Positions 33,542 to 44,465 are shown, counted from the stretch's first letter. The stretch is DNA of 64,000 bases from a bacterium (GCA_027482685.1 JAIXVU010000008.1:4652-68651); one strand, 5' to 3'. Program-made: numbers and translations. Notes: a model not told the origin generated them from the letters alone.

Positions 33542-33931
33542 TTATGCTATTTCTTGAAACTCCATACAGACAGAATTCATACAATACCTTTTACCTGTAT
33601 CTGTTGGACCATCATCAAAGATATGACCAAGATGGGCATGACAAGTTGCGCACCTCACCTCAGTTCGCGTCATACCAAACTGTGTGTCGTCTACATATTC
33701 AACAGCGTTTGGTAATGCTTGGTCAAATGATGGCCAGCCAGTATCGGAATCAAACTTAGCATGTGATGCAAAAAGTTGGGTATTACATACTTTACAACAG
33801 AACATTCCGTCACGGTGTTCATTTAATAGTTTACCGCTAAAAGGCGCTTCAGTGCCACCATTAAATAACACATGCTTCTCCTCATTTGTTAAAACCTTTT
33901 TCTTTTCTTCAACAATTTTTTCTATATCCAT
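33542..33931 (-). CDS. msrB: Peptide-methionine (R)-S-oxide reductase
   Basis: GWPSF, HLGHIFDDGP and RYCMNS. Confidence 0.96.
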   Translation of the reverse strand: MDIEKIVEEKKKVLTNEEKHVLFNGGTEAPFSGKLLNEHRDGMFCCKVCNTQLFASHAKFDSDTGWPSFDQALPNAVEYVDDTQFGMTRTEVRCATCHAHLGHIFDDGPTDTGKRYCMNSVCMEFQEIA

Positions 33932-34037
33932 ATATCTATAGTAGCAATCAATTAGTAAACAGCAAATAGTAGAGAACGGAGGGCGGCCTTCGGCCGCCCT
34001 CGCTACTTCCCCATTTACCCTATACTAATTACTTTAT

Positions 34038-34577
34038 CTACCTACTCCATACTATATTTTTCTCCTCACGTATCTGACATGTCTTATTAACAAATGCTTC
34101 ACGTCCGCTCCCTTGTCTATACATCCCATAACGAAGTGGGTTCTTCTCTGCGTAATCCTGATGATATTCTTCTGCTTTATAAAACGACTTCCGTGGGAGA
34201 ATGTCCACAACAGACGGTGTATCGTACACATAACTATCATTTAACTCTTTGATAACCCCTTCTGCAGTTATCTTTTCTTCATCACTTTCATAATATATTG
34301 CACTCTTGTAGCTATCACCTCTATCACCGAACTGCCCACCAGCATCAGTTGGATCTATGTGGTCTATGAAGTGTTGTAGTAATTTCTTATACGACGTCAT
34401 TTCATCATCATATGTTACCTCTATAACTTCACGATGACCTTTATGGTCCTCATATGTTGGTGAGGTTATCTCACCGCCTGAATACCCAGATGTAACAGTC
34501 ACGACACTCTCTGCCTCTCGCATATCATGCTCTACACACCAGAAGCACCCCCCTGCTAAAATCAATGTCTTTATCAT
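34038..34577 (-). CDS. msrA: Peptide-methionine (S)-S-oxide reductase
   Basis: AGGCFWC and AEEYHQDY. Confidence 0.96.
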   Translation of the reverse strand: MIKTLILAGGCFWCVEHDMREAESVVTVTSGYSGGEITSPTYEDHKGHREVIEVTYDDEMTSYKKLLQHFIDHIDPTDAGGQFGDRGDSYKSAIYYESDEEKITAEGVIKELNDSYVYDTPSVVDILPRKSFYKAEEYHQDYAEKNPLRYGMYRQGSGREAFVNKTCQIREEKNIVWSR

Positions 34578-34598
34578 ATATGCAAAGTATATCTTACA

Positions 34599-35204
34599 TC
34601 AATTTTTCAAGAAAGTTTTTAAGAAGCTCTTTCTGTGATGATCAGTTACACCATAACTCTTGATAGCATCATAGTGAGCTTTTGTTCCATACCCTACATG
34701 ACTATCAAATCCATAGTGTGGAAATTCTTTTGCAAGCTCTCTCATCTTTGTGTCGCGGTAGACTTTTGCAATGATTGACGCAAGAGCTATCTGTCCAATC
34801 TTCTCATCGCCTTTAATTATCGTCTCTTGGTTAGAATACTCTGTAGGCGCATATAGTGAACCATCAAGATACACTTTTGTCTCTTTTGAAATATCGTGAG
34901 CATGCAGTACATCTAGAGATTTTTGCATCGCGGTTTTTATTGCGACAGAAAGTCCAAGTGTATCTATTTGATGAGCTGTCATTTCACCCAGTCCGTAGAT
35001 AATAGAACCCTCTTCAACTAATCCGTCTACTTTGTTTGCTATCTCTATGCGAACTTTTTCTGATAACTTTTTACTATCTTTAAGAACGCCTTTTGGAAAT
35101 AACGAAAGAATATCTACATCATGTCGCACCGCGCACGCGCACACAACAAGAGGTCCGGCTATCGGACCCCTCCCTACTTCATCAATACCAATTACGTATG
35201 TCAT
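34599..35204 (-). CDS. rnhB: Ribonuclease HII
   Basis: GIDEVGRGP, DSKKL, ASIIAKVYRD and GYGT. Confidence 0.95.
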   Translation of the reverse strand: MTYVIGIDEVGRGPIAGPLVVCACAVRHDVDILSLFPKGVLKDSKKLSEKVRIEIANKVDGLVEEGSIIYGLGEMTAHQIDTLGLSVAIKTAMQKSLDVLHAHDISKETKVYLDGSLYAPTEYSNQETIIKGDEKIGQIALASIIAKVYRDTKMRELAKEFPHYGFDSHVGYGTKAHYDAIKSYGVTDHHRKSFLKTFLKN

Positions 35205-35272
35205 TAAATTTTAGTATACAGAAAATAGGCATACAAATGAAAACTAGACTTAAACTAAAGTTTAGTTTCTGT

Positions 35273-35462
35273 TGTGCGCCGGGGTTGGAATTTCACAACC
35301 TTCATTCGCTTCACTCATTACGGTTTAGAAGACCGCTGCGGTTTCTATTCTTCCGCTACGGGAAACTAAACACGTTTCCCGACCCTTTTCCTTATTTAAA
35401 TCCAGCCGACAGTAAAAATAAAACAACAATGAAAAGCTTTTCATTGTTGTTTTATTTCTATG
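35273..35462 (-). repeat. tRNA-shadow unit downstream of tRNA-Tyr
   Basis: 42-nt perfect palindrome 35416-35457, inverted T-arm copy 35395-35407 and duplicate tRNA 3' end 35273-35293. Confidence 0.7.
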
Positions 35463-35545
35463 TGCGCCGGGTTGGATTTGAACCAACGAAGGCTAAAGCC
35501 ATCTGATTTACAGTCAGACCTCGTTGACCACTTGAGTACCGACGC
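35463..35545 (-). tRNA. tRNA-Tyr(GUA)
   Basis: GCGTCGG...TCTGA-CTGTAAA-TCAGA...GTTCAAATC...CCGGCGCA with a long variable arm. Confidence 0.95.
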
Positions 35546-35695
35546 ATAAAGGTCACCGTCACCTGCACATGCCGTGACAGCGAAATACATAATATCAAAA
35601 ATTAGGCCATTTTGCAAAAGAAATACACGACGCCGTAGGCGTCGTGTATTTTCTATCCCCTAATTTGCTTTTTACTATTTGCTAACTGCTTAGAA

Positions 35696-38401
35696 TTATT
35701 TCTCCTTCTTCTCCACTTCTCGCAAGTTACTATTAAGCGGACTTGGGATCTTCTTCGGTTTCTTTGCTTCAACTAATATCTCTCCTTTTTTATCAAGCGA
35801 CACATATGCAATTCCTCCTTTCATGAATTTCTTTGTGAGCATGAGTGACGCAACTTGGTTAAGGATAGTTGTCTGCATGAAGCGTTTGATAGGTCGTGCG
35901 CCATAGTGTGGGTCGTAGGACTTATCTGCAATATATGCAACTGCATCATCAGTAACTTCTAGTACTATCTCTTTATCTGCAAGTCTTTTGCCGAGTGATG
36001 CAACCTGTAGCCCGACAATACTTTTAACTTCACCCTTAGACAGTACATCAAAGATAATGGTCTCATCTAATCGATTCAAGAACTCAGGTTTGAAGTATTC
36101 CTTGAGTGCATCCATCACCTTTTCTTTTACTTGCACGTACTCTCCACCAACTTCGTTATTACTGAATCCTATTTGCTCCATCTTCTGAATATACTGACTT
36201 CCGATGTTAGAAGTCATGATGATGATAGTATTCTTGAAGTTAACTACACGGCCCTTACTATCAGTTAGGCGTCCTTCATCTAATACTTGAAGGAGTAGGT
36301 TAAATACTTCAGGGTGAGCTTTCTCTACCTCATCAAACAAAATCACTGAGTATGGTCTGTGACGTACTGCTTCTGATAATTGCCCTGACTCATCATACCC
36401 AACGTACCCTGGGGGTGAGCCAATTAGTTTACTAGTACTATGCTTCTCCATGTACTCGCTCATGTCGACTTTAATAAGTGCTTTTTCATCATTGAACATG
36501 AACTCAGCAAGTGCCTTGGTAAGTTCGGTCTTCCCTACACCAGTTGGACCTAAGAACATGAAACTTCCTATCGGTCTCTCTGGATCATTAATTCCAGCAC
36601 GAGAACGTCGCACTGCACCAGATATCTTAGCAATAGCATCGCGTTGTGCTATTACTCTCTTACCTAACTCTTCTTCCATACGGCCTAGCTTCTCTTGTTC
36701 TTCTTCGAGCATGCGAACAACAGGAATTCCTGTCCAACGAGCAACGACAGATGCGATATCTTCTTCATTGATTTCTTCTTTGAGAATACGACGAGTTTTT
36801 TGTAACTTCTTAAGTTTGTCCATCTTATCATTAAGCTCTTTTGTAAGCTCTGGTATTTGGCCATAACGAATTTCTGCGACACGTGTTAGATCTGCGCGAA
36901 GCTCCGCGTTATCACTTTCAGTACGTAGCGCTTCAAGTGTTTTCTTTATCTCACCAATCTCTGTTAATGTTTTCTTTTCATTCTTCCACTTAAGTTCTAG
37001 TTCGTGAGTCTTCTCCTTCACGTTTGCAATTTCTTCTTCTATTGCTTTGATACGTTTAAGAGTAGACGTGTCATCATCGTCATCATGAGCAACCACTTCT
37101 TTAATAAGTGCCTCTTTTTCTATTTCAAGACGCATTATTTTACGATGTGCTTCATCTAATACTGGAGGTTTGTTCTCAAGAGCGATACGAAGTGACGATG
37201 CGGCCTCGTCTATAAGGTCAATCGCTTTATCTGGAAGGAAGCGTGATGTGATGTAACGAGTAGAGAGGTTCACTGCAGAATGTAACGCATCATCAGTAAT
37301 ACGCACACCGTGGAAGAGCTCATACTTTTCTTTTAGGCCACGCAAGATAGCAAGAGCGTCTTCTTCTGATGGCTCTTCTACAAACACTGGTTGGAAACGA
37401 CGCGCAAGCGCTGGATCTTTCTCAATATGCTTCTGATACTCTTTTAGTGTTGTAGCGCCGATTGCGCGGAGCTCACCTCGTGAGAGTGCAGGCTTGAGTA
37501 AGTTCGCAGCATCTGCTGATCCTTCAGTTGCTCCCGCGCCAACAATTGTATGTATCTCATCAATGAAAAGAATGATACCACCTTCTGATCGTTCAATTTC
37601 TTTCATGATTGCTTTGAGACGCTCTTCGAATTCTCCACGGAACTTAGTACCGGCAATTAACATTCCAAGATCAAGCGACACAAGTTCTTTATCTTTCAAA
37701 CTCTCTGGCACATCCCCCTTTGCCATACGAATTGCGAGACCTTCTACTACAGCAGTCTTACCTACTCCCGCTTCACCAATAAGTATTGGATTATTCTTCG
37801 TACGACGTGAAAGTATCTGCATAAGACGCATGATCTCAGTATCTCGCCCGATAACTGGATCGAGCTTGTCTGCTCGTGCCATGTCTGTGAAGTTACGAGT
37901 GTACTTTGCAAGAGCTTTATTTTTCTTTGCAGACTGAGCTTCTGTAATGTTTTGTGAACGTAGTTCTTCTAGCACGTGTTGCGCTTGGTCTTTGTCGATT
38001 CTGAAACGCGCAAGAAGTTCACGCACTTGCCCAGTGGACTCTAGGAGTGCGAGGAAGAGATGCTCGGTTGAAACGAACTCATCATTCATGCTCTGCGCAA
38101 CTTTGAGAGATGCTTCGAGTGTTGTTGCAAGATCTGGCGTTAGATACATCTGGTATGACTGGCTCATCGTTGCTGATCCGCCTGGCACTTCTATCGCATC
38201 TACTATGCTGTCTGTGAGGTGTACGATATCAACTTCTAAGCGTTCAAGTATGGCATGCACAAGTGACTCTTCTTGTGTGAGAAGTGCTCCCATGAGGTGC
38301 AGTGAGTTCACCTGATTCTGCCCACGCTCAACAGCGAGTTCGTGTGCTCGACGAATGACTTCTTTTGCTTTTGTTGTGAAATTGTTAAATGATGGAGGCA
38401 T
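35696..38401 (-). CDS. clpB: ATP-dependent chaperone ClpB
   Basis: Two AAA+ modules ([16 protein letters not shown]) and a long coiled-coil M domain. Confidence 0.93.
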   Translation of the reverse strand: MPPSFNNFTTKAKEVIRRAHELAVERGQNQVNSLHLMGALLTQEESLVHAILERLEVDIVHLTDSIVDAIEVPGGSATMSQSYQMYLTPDLATTLEASLKVAQSMNDEFVSTEHLFLALLESTGQVRELLARFRIDKDQAQHVLEELRSQNITEAQSAKKNKALAKYTRNFTDMARADKLDPVIGRDTEIMRLMQILSRRTKNNPILIGEAGVGKTAVVEGLAIRMAKGDVPESLKDKELVSLDLGMLIAGTKFRGEFEERLKAIMKEIERSEGGIILFIDEIHTIVGAGATEGSADAANLLKPALSRGELRAIGATTLKEYQKHIEKDPALARRFQPVFVEEPSEEDALAILRGLKEKYELFHGVRITDDALHSAVNLSTRYITSRFLPDKAIDLIDEAASSLRIALENKPPVLDEAHRKIMRLEIEKEALIKEVVAHDDDDDTSTLKRIKAIEEEIANVKEKTHELELKWKNEKKTLTEIGEIKKTLEALRTESDNAELRADLTRVAEIRYGQIPELTKELNDKMDKLKKLQKTRRILKEEINEEDIASVVARWTGIPVVRMLEEEQEKLGRMEEELGKRVIAQRDAIAKISGAVRRSRAGINDPERPIGSFMFLGPTGVGKTELTKALAEFMFNDEKALIKVDMSEYMEKHSTSKLIGSPPGYVGYDESGQLSEAVRHRPYSVILFDEVEKAHPEVFNLLLQVLDEGRLTDSKGRVVNFKNTIIIMTSNIGSQYIQKMEQIGFSNNEVGGEYVQVKEKVMDALKEYFKPEFLNRLDETIIFDVLSKGEVKSIVGLQVASLGKRLADKEIVLEVTDDAVAYIADKSYDPHYGARPIKRFMQTTILNQVASLMLTKKFMKGGIAYVSLDKKGEILVEAKKPKKIPSPLNSNLREVEKKEK

Positions 38402-38752
38402 ACTAGATAGTTATTAGCTTATAGGCGATAGCCGTTAGCTAATTCAAATTACAAATTGAATTAAAGAAACTAATTACAAATTACTAATAACCAATTACTA
38501 CATATACAGTGTATCAGTATTCCGGCATTCGGTCGTGGTGGATAAGCGGACAATTCGGGAATGGTGAGGAGTTGGTTCAGTCGAATTTTTTGAGTACAAA
38601 AAATTCGACACTTTTACTCCATCACCTCCCCTAACAATGCCAAAATGTAACATCTGAGTCAACTTGACATTTTTATATAAAGTAGTAGTATGATGAAGTC
38701 GTTCATTTCATCAACATTGCCTAAAAAGCAGTCAAACAGTAGAGGAATCAAC

Positions 38753-39031
38753 ATGAAGCAATTTTTGAGGGACTTTCGAAATACCTTTTTGCTGCTCTTC
38801 CCTTTTTTGACGTACTACGTGCTCTTCGTAGTTGTTGAAAAGGAAGGGCGAGTCTTTGATGCTCAAGCGGCATTTTTGTCCGTTCTAATCGGCGCTGCTG
38901 TCGGTGCAATATTTGGCTGTATCCTTGCTTATCTTTGTGCTTTTCTTTGGGGTTGGCTGAACAAGCACAAGAAAAGGTACAGTGGGAAGCAATCCACTGA
39001 TATTGACGAACTTCGTCAGCGTTCTCCCTGA
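38753..39031 (+). CDS. Small 2-TM orphan membrane protein
   Basis: TTGACA at 38664, GAGG SD and two hydrophobic segments. Confidence 0.55.
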   Translation: MKQFLRDFRNTFLLLFPFLTYYVLFVVVEKEGRVFDAQAAFLSVLIGAAVGAIFGCILAYLCAFLWGWLNKHKKRYSGKQSTDIDELRQRSP

Positions 39032-39103
39032 GGACAAAAATCAAAACAATCAAGCGCGCCGTAGGCGCGCTTTTCTCATTTTTATATTTCACCAGATTCC
39101 AGA

Positions 39104-39227
39104 TAAGCGAGGAAATTGGTTTAGATGCAAGGCGCAGAATGTTTTTGCTACTAAGGCGTACTCAAATGTACAACGCATGGAGCAAAAATATTCTGCAACA
39201 TGGCAGATGAACTAATTTATTCGCTTA
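39104..39227. repeat. RPE-like palindromic element, copy 2
   Basis: Terminal IR taagcgaggaaattggttta/tgaactaatttattcgctta; core gcgtactcaaatgtac. Confidence 0.65.
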
Positions 39228-39785
39228 AATCCTCTCTTCCACTGCATGCCAGTCGATTGATGACATGAAAGCGTTAATATAATCCGCTCGCTTGATCCCA
39301 TAATCAATCATAAACGCATGCTCCCATACATCCATCACAAGGAGTGGTGTTCCACCGACGAGATGCCCATCTTCATGCTCACGAATCCATACATTAAATA
39401 ACTTACCTTCACGTTTATCATGTGCGAGCACGACCCACCCCACACCGCGCATGGAAGCCATCCCACGGAATTCCTTCTCCCAATTCTCCACAGATCCCCA
39501 TGTCTCTACAATCAATTTCTTAAGAGTTCTGTCACTAAGCGATACTCCACCTTTTGCCATGTTGCCGAAGTAGAGCTCATGCATACGCATACCATTCCAT
39601 TCCCATCCGAAACGACGATGAAGCTCAGCAAACTCTGGAGTACCAGGTTCTTTAGTCTTCATCTCGTCCACCAACTTATTCGTATTGGTAACATACCCTT
39701 GGTAGAGCGTAAAGTGGTTGTTAAGAAGTGTGTCACTGAAACCAGTGAGCCCTAGTAAATGTGAAAAATCTTTTGCTTGGTACAT
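39225..39785 (-). CDS. Fe/Mn superoxide dismutase family protein
   Basis: HFTLYQGYV, HELYF, GVGW and DVWEHAF. Confidence 0.9.
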   Translation of the reverse strand: MYQAKDFSHLLGLTGFSDTLLNNHFTLYQGYVTNTNKLVDEMKTKEPGTPEFAELHRRFGWEWNGMRMHELYFGNMAKGGVSLSDRTLKKLIVETWGSVENWEKEFRGMASMRGVGWVVLAHDKREGKLFNVWIREHEDGHLVGGTPLLVMDVWEHAFMIDYGIKRADYINAFMSSIDWHAVEERI

Positions 39786-39809
39786 AGTAAATAGTTAATA
39801 AGTTAATAG

Positions 39810-40172
39810 TTAATGGTTGTCCTCTTTATTTGAGTTAATGAGCTTAGTTAACATCTTCATAATACTTTCTAACTCAGAAAACAATTCAACAAATTGCTTC
39901 TCAGAAATATAATCCAAGTTTTTTGCTATTGTCAGTTGGGTTTCTATCTCAGCGCCAGATCCTTGGGCTATTCTAAGGAAATGCATAAACTCTTTCTTCG
40001 AACCTCTCTTGCTTCCTTCTGCAATATTTGAAGAAATTGAAACAACCGCTCTTCGTAATTGAGAAGACAACCCATATAATTCTGCCTGAGGAAAACGAAT
40101 CGTAACTTTATAAACATTCGTTACAAATGCGATTGCATTTTGCCAGACAATTAAATCACGAAACGTCTTCAT
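39810..40172 (-). CDS. Four helix bundle protein (23S rRNA IVP / Avd-like family)
   Basis: FRDLIVWQ, FP..ELYGLSSQLRRA..SISSNIAEG, FLRIAQGS..EIETQL. Confidence 0.92.
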   Translation of the reverse strand: MKTFRDLIVWQNAIAFVTNVYKVTIRFPQAELYGLSSQLRRAVVSISSNIAEGSKRGSKKEFMHFLRIAQGSGAEIETQLTIAKNLDYISEKQFVELFSELESIMKMLTKLINSNKEDNH

Positions 40173-40222
40173 ATTCTCAGTATACAATGAATTTAGTATT
40201 CGCAGTTATTAACCATTAACTA

Positions 40223-41584
40223 TTAACCATTGACCCTACTCGTATACTTTTCTCCCACTTCCTTCATCGCTTCCACCAACCGCTCTATATCTTTCTTCGT
40301 TGTACTACGTCCGAATGTTATACGAATATTCTCTAGTGCTTCTTTCTTATCCACACCGAGTGCTTCTATGACATAACTACCATCAGTCTCACTAGACGCA
40401 CACGCGCTCTTGTGTGACACCGCGAATCCAAGCGCATCTAACCGTAGTATCATCTCTTCGCTACTTATGCCAGGTACTCTACAGTTAATGTTATTAGGCA
40501 GTCGCTTCATCGTGCGGCCTGTTATATGAGATTCCATTGCATCATTTCGTGGAAGTGGTTGCTCTTCACCATCTTTAACAGGCTTGCCATGTTTAACTTC
40601 ATCAAATACCCCATAGTAAGTTATGGATGGAATTTCTTTTGTAAGTTCAGTTCTACAAAAATCATTTAAGAGTTGTAGGCGCCATACTTCGCGCTCTTGT
40701 AGTTCCTTTGCTTCGCGTAATGCTACACCAAACGCATAACATAGTGGCACTGCTTCAGTCCCACTGCGTAGCTGTCTCTCTTGCCCGCCTCCATAGGTAA
40801 TCGGCTCTACACGTACCCCTTCACGTTTATACAGTAGTGCTATTCCTTTCGGACCATAACATTTACTACTATTCACTGTCATTAGATGCACACGTAGACG
40901 CACGACATCTAAGTTACAATAGTTCGCTGCCTGACATGCATCGATATGATAGTACGGATATGCAGTGTGCGTACGTGTGTGCTCCTTCTTCCATTCTTCT
41001 ATCGCGCGACCAATTTCTTTTACAGGCTGTAGCGTTCCTATCTCATTATTCGCATACATTACACTCACTAGTATTGTGTCTTCAGTTAATGACTCACGAA
41101 TAGTTTGTACTTTTACAATACCGCTAGCATCTACTGGGATGTATGTCACGCGAACTTTACCTGCACGTTCTAGATTTCGAATTGGTTCAAGCACCGCTGA
41201 GTGTTCTATTACAGTTGTAATGATGTGGGGTAGCACATCTGTGTCCCCTTCTTGCTGTTTACTACTTACTACGTGCTTCTTGTACCCTTCATATGTCCCC
41301 ATAACCGCAAGGTTACAAGATTCAGTACCAGATGATACAAAATATATTTCATATGCATGTGCATTCAGTACTGTTGCGCACATACCGCGTGCTCTATCTA
41401 ATACTACCCCTGCTTCTACTCCTTCTCTATGAATACCAGAAGCATTACCGTATGTAATCATCGTTTCAATGAGCGCAGCTTCAGAGAGAGCGCTCACAGG
41501 TGTTGCTCCTGCATAGTCCATGTACACACGATGATGCTTTTTCCACATCTGTAACAAGTTCTTCATATACGTTAACTCTACCAT
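40223..41584 (-). CDS. Cysteine desulfurase (IscS/NifS, class V PLP enzyme)
   Basis: YMDYAGATP, NNEIGT, SSKCYGPKG, RSGTE and KSAC. Confidence 0.9.
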   Translation of the reverse strand: MVELTYMKNLLQMWKKHHRVYMDYAGATPVSALSEAALIETMITYGNASGIHREGVEAGVVLDRARGMCATVLNAHAYEIYFVSSGTESCNLAVMGTYEGYKKHVVSSKQQEGDTDVLPHIITTVIEHSAVLEPIRNLERAGKVRVTYIPVDASGIVKVQTIRESLTEDTILVSVMYANNEIGTLQPVKEIGRAIEEWKKEHTRTHTAYPYYHIDACQAANYCNLDVVRLRVHLMTVNSSKCYGPKGIALLYKREGVRVEPITYGGGQERQLRSGTEAVPLCYAFGVALREAKELQEREVWRLQLLNDFCRTELTKEIPSITYYGVFDEVKHGKPVKDGEEQPLPRNDAMESHITGRTMKRLPNNINCRVPGISSEEMILRLDALGFAVSHKSACASSETDGSYVIEALGVDKKEALENIRITFGRSTTKKDIERLVEAMKEVGEKYTSRVNG

Positions 41585-41670
41585 GTGGGTGGTTAATAGT
41601 TAATGGTAAATAGTTAATAGTTAATAGTAAACAGTTAATTGCAAACATCTATACTTCAAATTTCAAATAT

Positions 41671-41705
41671 AAAAAAGAAAGTGCCCGCCAACAGAGTTGG
41701 CGGGC
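41671..41705 (-). terminator. Intrinsic terminator of the GC-rich unit
   Basis: gcccgccaac-3nt-gttggcgggc followed by a T tract on the minus strand. Confidence 0.75.
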
Positions 41706-42297
41706 TGGGTTGAGACGAAGCTCAAGGTTCCCTACGGCATCAGGGGCATGCCGATGGGCGTACCGGATCGGAAATCGATCGGGCGCAGCAGGTGTCTCAT
41801 TGAGTCTCCTGGATGCGTCGGGCCGAGATGGGCCGACAGGTTGTTGGCGCGGCCGTCATGGTCACGCTCAGTCGAGCGAACCGCTCATGTTTGAGCGAGG
41901 CGGGCAAACGTCACGTGGACGTCGCCAGCCTGCCGCAAGCGGTTGGCTCTCGTGCCCGTGCCGATCAGGCGTGGGTGGTGGCGGCCAGCGTGGCCGAGGT
42001 CGTGTAGGCCGCGGCGCAGGTGCCGGCGGTATCTTGCAACACCAAACTTGCATGGCTCGCCTGCCTGATCACGTTAACCAGTATAGCAGGTATTATGATT
42101 TTGTTAAGTACTAGACACGGTTTATGGTTAATAGTCAATGGTTACTAGTTAGAATGCTTTATAAATAAAGTAGTTTTAGAAAAAATAAAGTTAGAACCAT
42201 AAACTCACAACTAGAAACTAGTCTAATATGCTACACTTTTACGTATTCATATCTGGTATCCAACCATTAACTATTGACCATTGACCAGCTACTACCC

Positions 42298-42774
42298 ATG
42301 TCCTACATCCCCCAACTATTCCTCACCTACCCCACTATTCCGATTGCTTTTGCTTTTGGTGTTATTCTTATTTATGTTATTTATCTACATTATCGGTTGC
42401 GCATGCTTACTCGTGGAAATGGTGCAGCATCTCTTGAGTCCACCATTCATACCGCACTTGCTCATGCAAAAGAAATCCACGAAGAGAACAAACTCATCCG
42501 TGAACACGCTATATCACTAGATAAACGTGTATCTCATGCACTTCGTAATGCGCAGACAATACGCTATAAAGCATTTGAGACAAATGGTTCTAATCAAAGC
42601 TTTTCTGTTGCCCTTGTGAATGAACTTGGTTCTGGTGTTGTTATTACCTCTCTTCATGCACGAGATCGTCTCACTACATTTGCAAAACCGATAGAAAAAT
42701 ACACAAGTAGTTATGAACTAACTGAAGAAGAGCAAAATGTTCTAGAAGACGCACGGAATGCTCATACAATGTAA
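42298..42774 (+). CDS. DUF4446-family protein
   Basis: N-terminal TM; RYKAF...NQSFSVALVN..G.GVVITSLHARD...FAKPI...LTEEE. Confidence 0.8.
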   Translation: MSYIPQLFLTYPTIPIAFAFGVILIYVIYLHYRLRMLTRGNGAASLESTIHTALAHAKEIHEENKLIREHAISLDKRVSHALRNAQTIRYKAFETNGSNQSFSVALVNELGSGVVITSLHARDRLTTFAKPIEKYTSSYELTEEEQNVLEDARNAHTM

Positions 42775-42919
42775 TTGGTTATTAGTAATTTGTAATTAGT
42801 TGCAATGCATGACGCCTACAGCGTCATGCATTGTGTATCCCAGCTAATTACTAATAACAAATTACTAATTACCGTCTAGGCTTCTTTACAAAATCATGCT
42901 ATAATTGCGTAATTAAATT

Positions 42920-44437
42920 ATGTCAAAAACCCCAGCAAAAATGGAGGCAGTTCCACGTCAGCCTGTAATAGCAGTACTAGGCCATGTTGACCATGGGAAA
43001 TCCTCTCTCCTTGATTTCATCCGTAAGTCTAACGTTGTAGATGGCGAAGCAGGTGGTATCACCCAGCGTATATCAGCATACGAGGTACAGCACAAAATGC
43101 CAGATGGCAGTACAAAAGCTATCACATTCTTGGATACCCCAGGACATGCTGCATTCCAGAGCATGCGTGAACGTGGAGTAGAGATTGCAGATATCGCGAT
43201 ACTCATAGTGTCAGCAGAAGATGGTGTAAAGGCTCAGACACTAGAAGCGTGGAAGACAATTGATGCACGTAAACTTCCATACGTTGTAGCTATCAATAAA
43301 ATTGACAAGCCGGGTGCAGACATTCAGAAGACAAAGAACTCCCTAGTTGAAAATGGAATCTATATCGAAGGGTACGGAGGTGACGTCCCTTGTGTAGAAA
43401 TATCAGCAAAAGTTGGTACCGGTATTCCAGATTTACTTGAGACACTTCTACTTGTCGTTGATATGAACGCACTTACCGCTAATCTAGAGACCGAAGCAAC
43501 AGGAGTTGTTCTTGAAAGTTTCATGGATCCAAAGCGTGGAATATCAGCAACACTTGTTATCAAGGATGGTACACTACCAAGCTCTGGTGCAATCGTAGCA
43601 GGTACAGCTCTTTCTCCTATTCGTATCATAGAGGACTTTGCAGGACGTACCATCAAATCCCCTCATGCAGGTCAGCCAGTAAAAGTTACAGGGTTTGATG
43701 AGATTCCGGCGTCCGGTGCAATATTCGTCTCATCATCAGATAAGAAAGCAATGGAAAATCTTCAATCAGAGACCAAAAGCGCTACCCCAAAGGAAGTACT
43801 TGACCCGCGTATTTATAGAAATGCAAAAGTTGTTGTTCCAGTTGTTATTAAGGCTGATTCACTCGGGACTTTGGACGCTGTTAAACGTGAGCTCAAGAAA
43901 CGCGAGACCGATGATGTGAAAATAAAGATAATCGCAGAAGGTGCAGGCTCGCTCTCTGAAGGTGATATCATGCTCGCCTCATCTGATGAAAAAACAGTAG
44001 TGATAGGATTCGCTATCAAGCTAGAGCCTAAGGCTCGCGATCAGGCGGAACGTTTCAAGATAGAGCCACATCTATTTGATGTTATTTATAAACTATCAGA
44101 ATGGTTCGATACATTAGTCGAGAGTCGTATGCCATACGAGGAGAAAGAAGTTGTTTTAGGAACGCTCAAGATCTTACGTACATTTAGTTCACAAAAGGAT
44201 AAACATGTTATCGGAGGAAAAGTTGAGACAGGTAAGCTAACTAATACATCAGTCGTTAAGATAGTCCGTCGTGGTGTAGAACTTGGTCGTGGCAAAATAG
44301 TAGAACTACAATCACAAAAAATAAAGACCGCCGTAGTGAATGAAGGCAACGAATGTGGTCTCATGATTGAAAGTAAGATAGAAATGATTCCATCTGATGT
44401 GCTTGAGGCGGTAGAGATTGAGAAGACAAGAATCTAA
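42920..44437 (+). CDS. infB: Translation initiation factor IF-2, short form
   Basis: GHVDHGKS, GGITQ, DTPGHAAF and NKID; lacks the long N-terminal region. Confidence 0.95.
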   Translation: MSKTPAKMEAVPRQPVIAVLGHVDHGKSSLLDFIRKSNVVDGEAGGITQRISAYEVQHKMPDGSTKAITFLDTPGHAAFQSMRERGVEIADIAILIVSAEDGVKAQTLEAWKTIDARKLPYVVAINKIDKPGADIQKTKNSLVENGIYIEGYGGDVPCVEISAKVGTGIPDLLETLLLVVDMNALTANLETEATGVVLESFMDPKRGISATLVIKDGTLPSSGAIVAGTALSPIRIIEDFAGRTIKSPHAGQPVKVTGFDEIPASGAIFVSSSDKKAMENLQSETKSATPKEVLDPRIYRNAKVVVPVVIKADSLGTLDAVKRELKKRETDDVKIKIIAEGAGSLSEGDIMLASSDEKTVVIGFAIKLEPKARDQAERFKIEPHLFDVIYKLSEWFDTLVESRMPYEEKEVVLGTLKILRTFSSQKDKHVIGGKVETGKLTNTSVVKIVRRGVELGRGKIVELQSQKIKTAVVNEGNECGLMIESKIEMIPSDVLEAVEIEKTRI

Positions 44438-44465
44438 TCTTCACATGTAACTTTTTACTAGTATC

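Noticed and set aside
39810-40172. Diversity-generating retroelement (Avd-like gene)
   Set aside because: No reverse transcriptase and no TR/VR pair with adenine-specific mismatches seen in this window
41683-42070. RNase P RNA, tmRNA or SRP RNA
   Set aside because: Hallmark motifs (GAGGAAAGUCC, tRNA-Ala-like ends, SRP helix 8) were not found on either strand by eye
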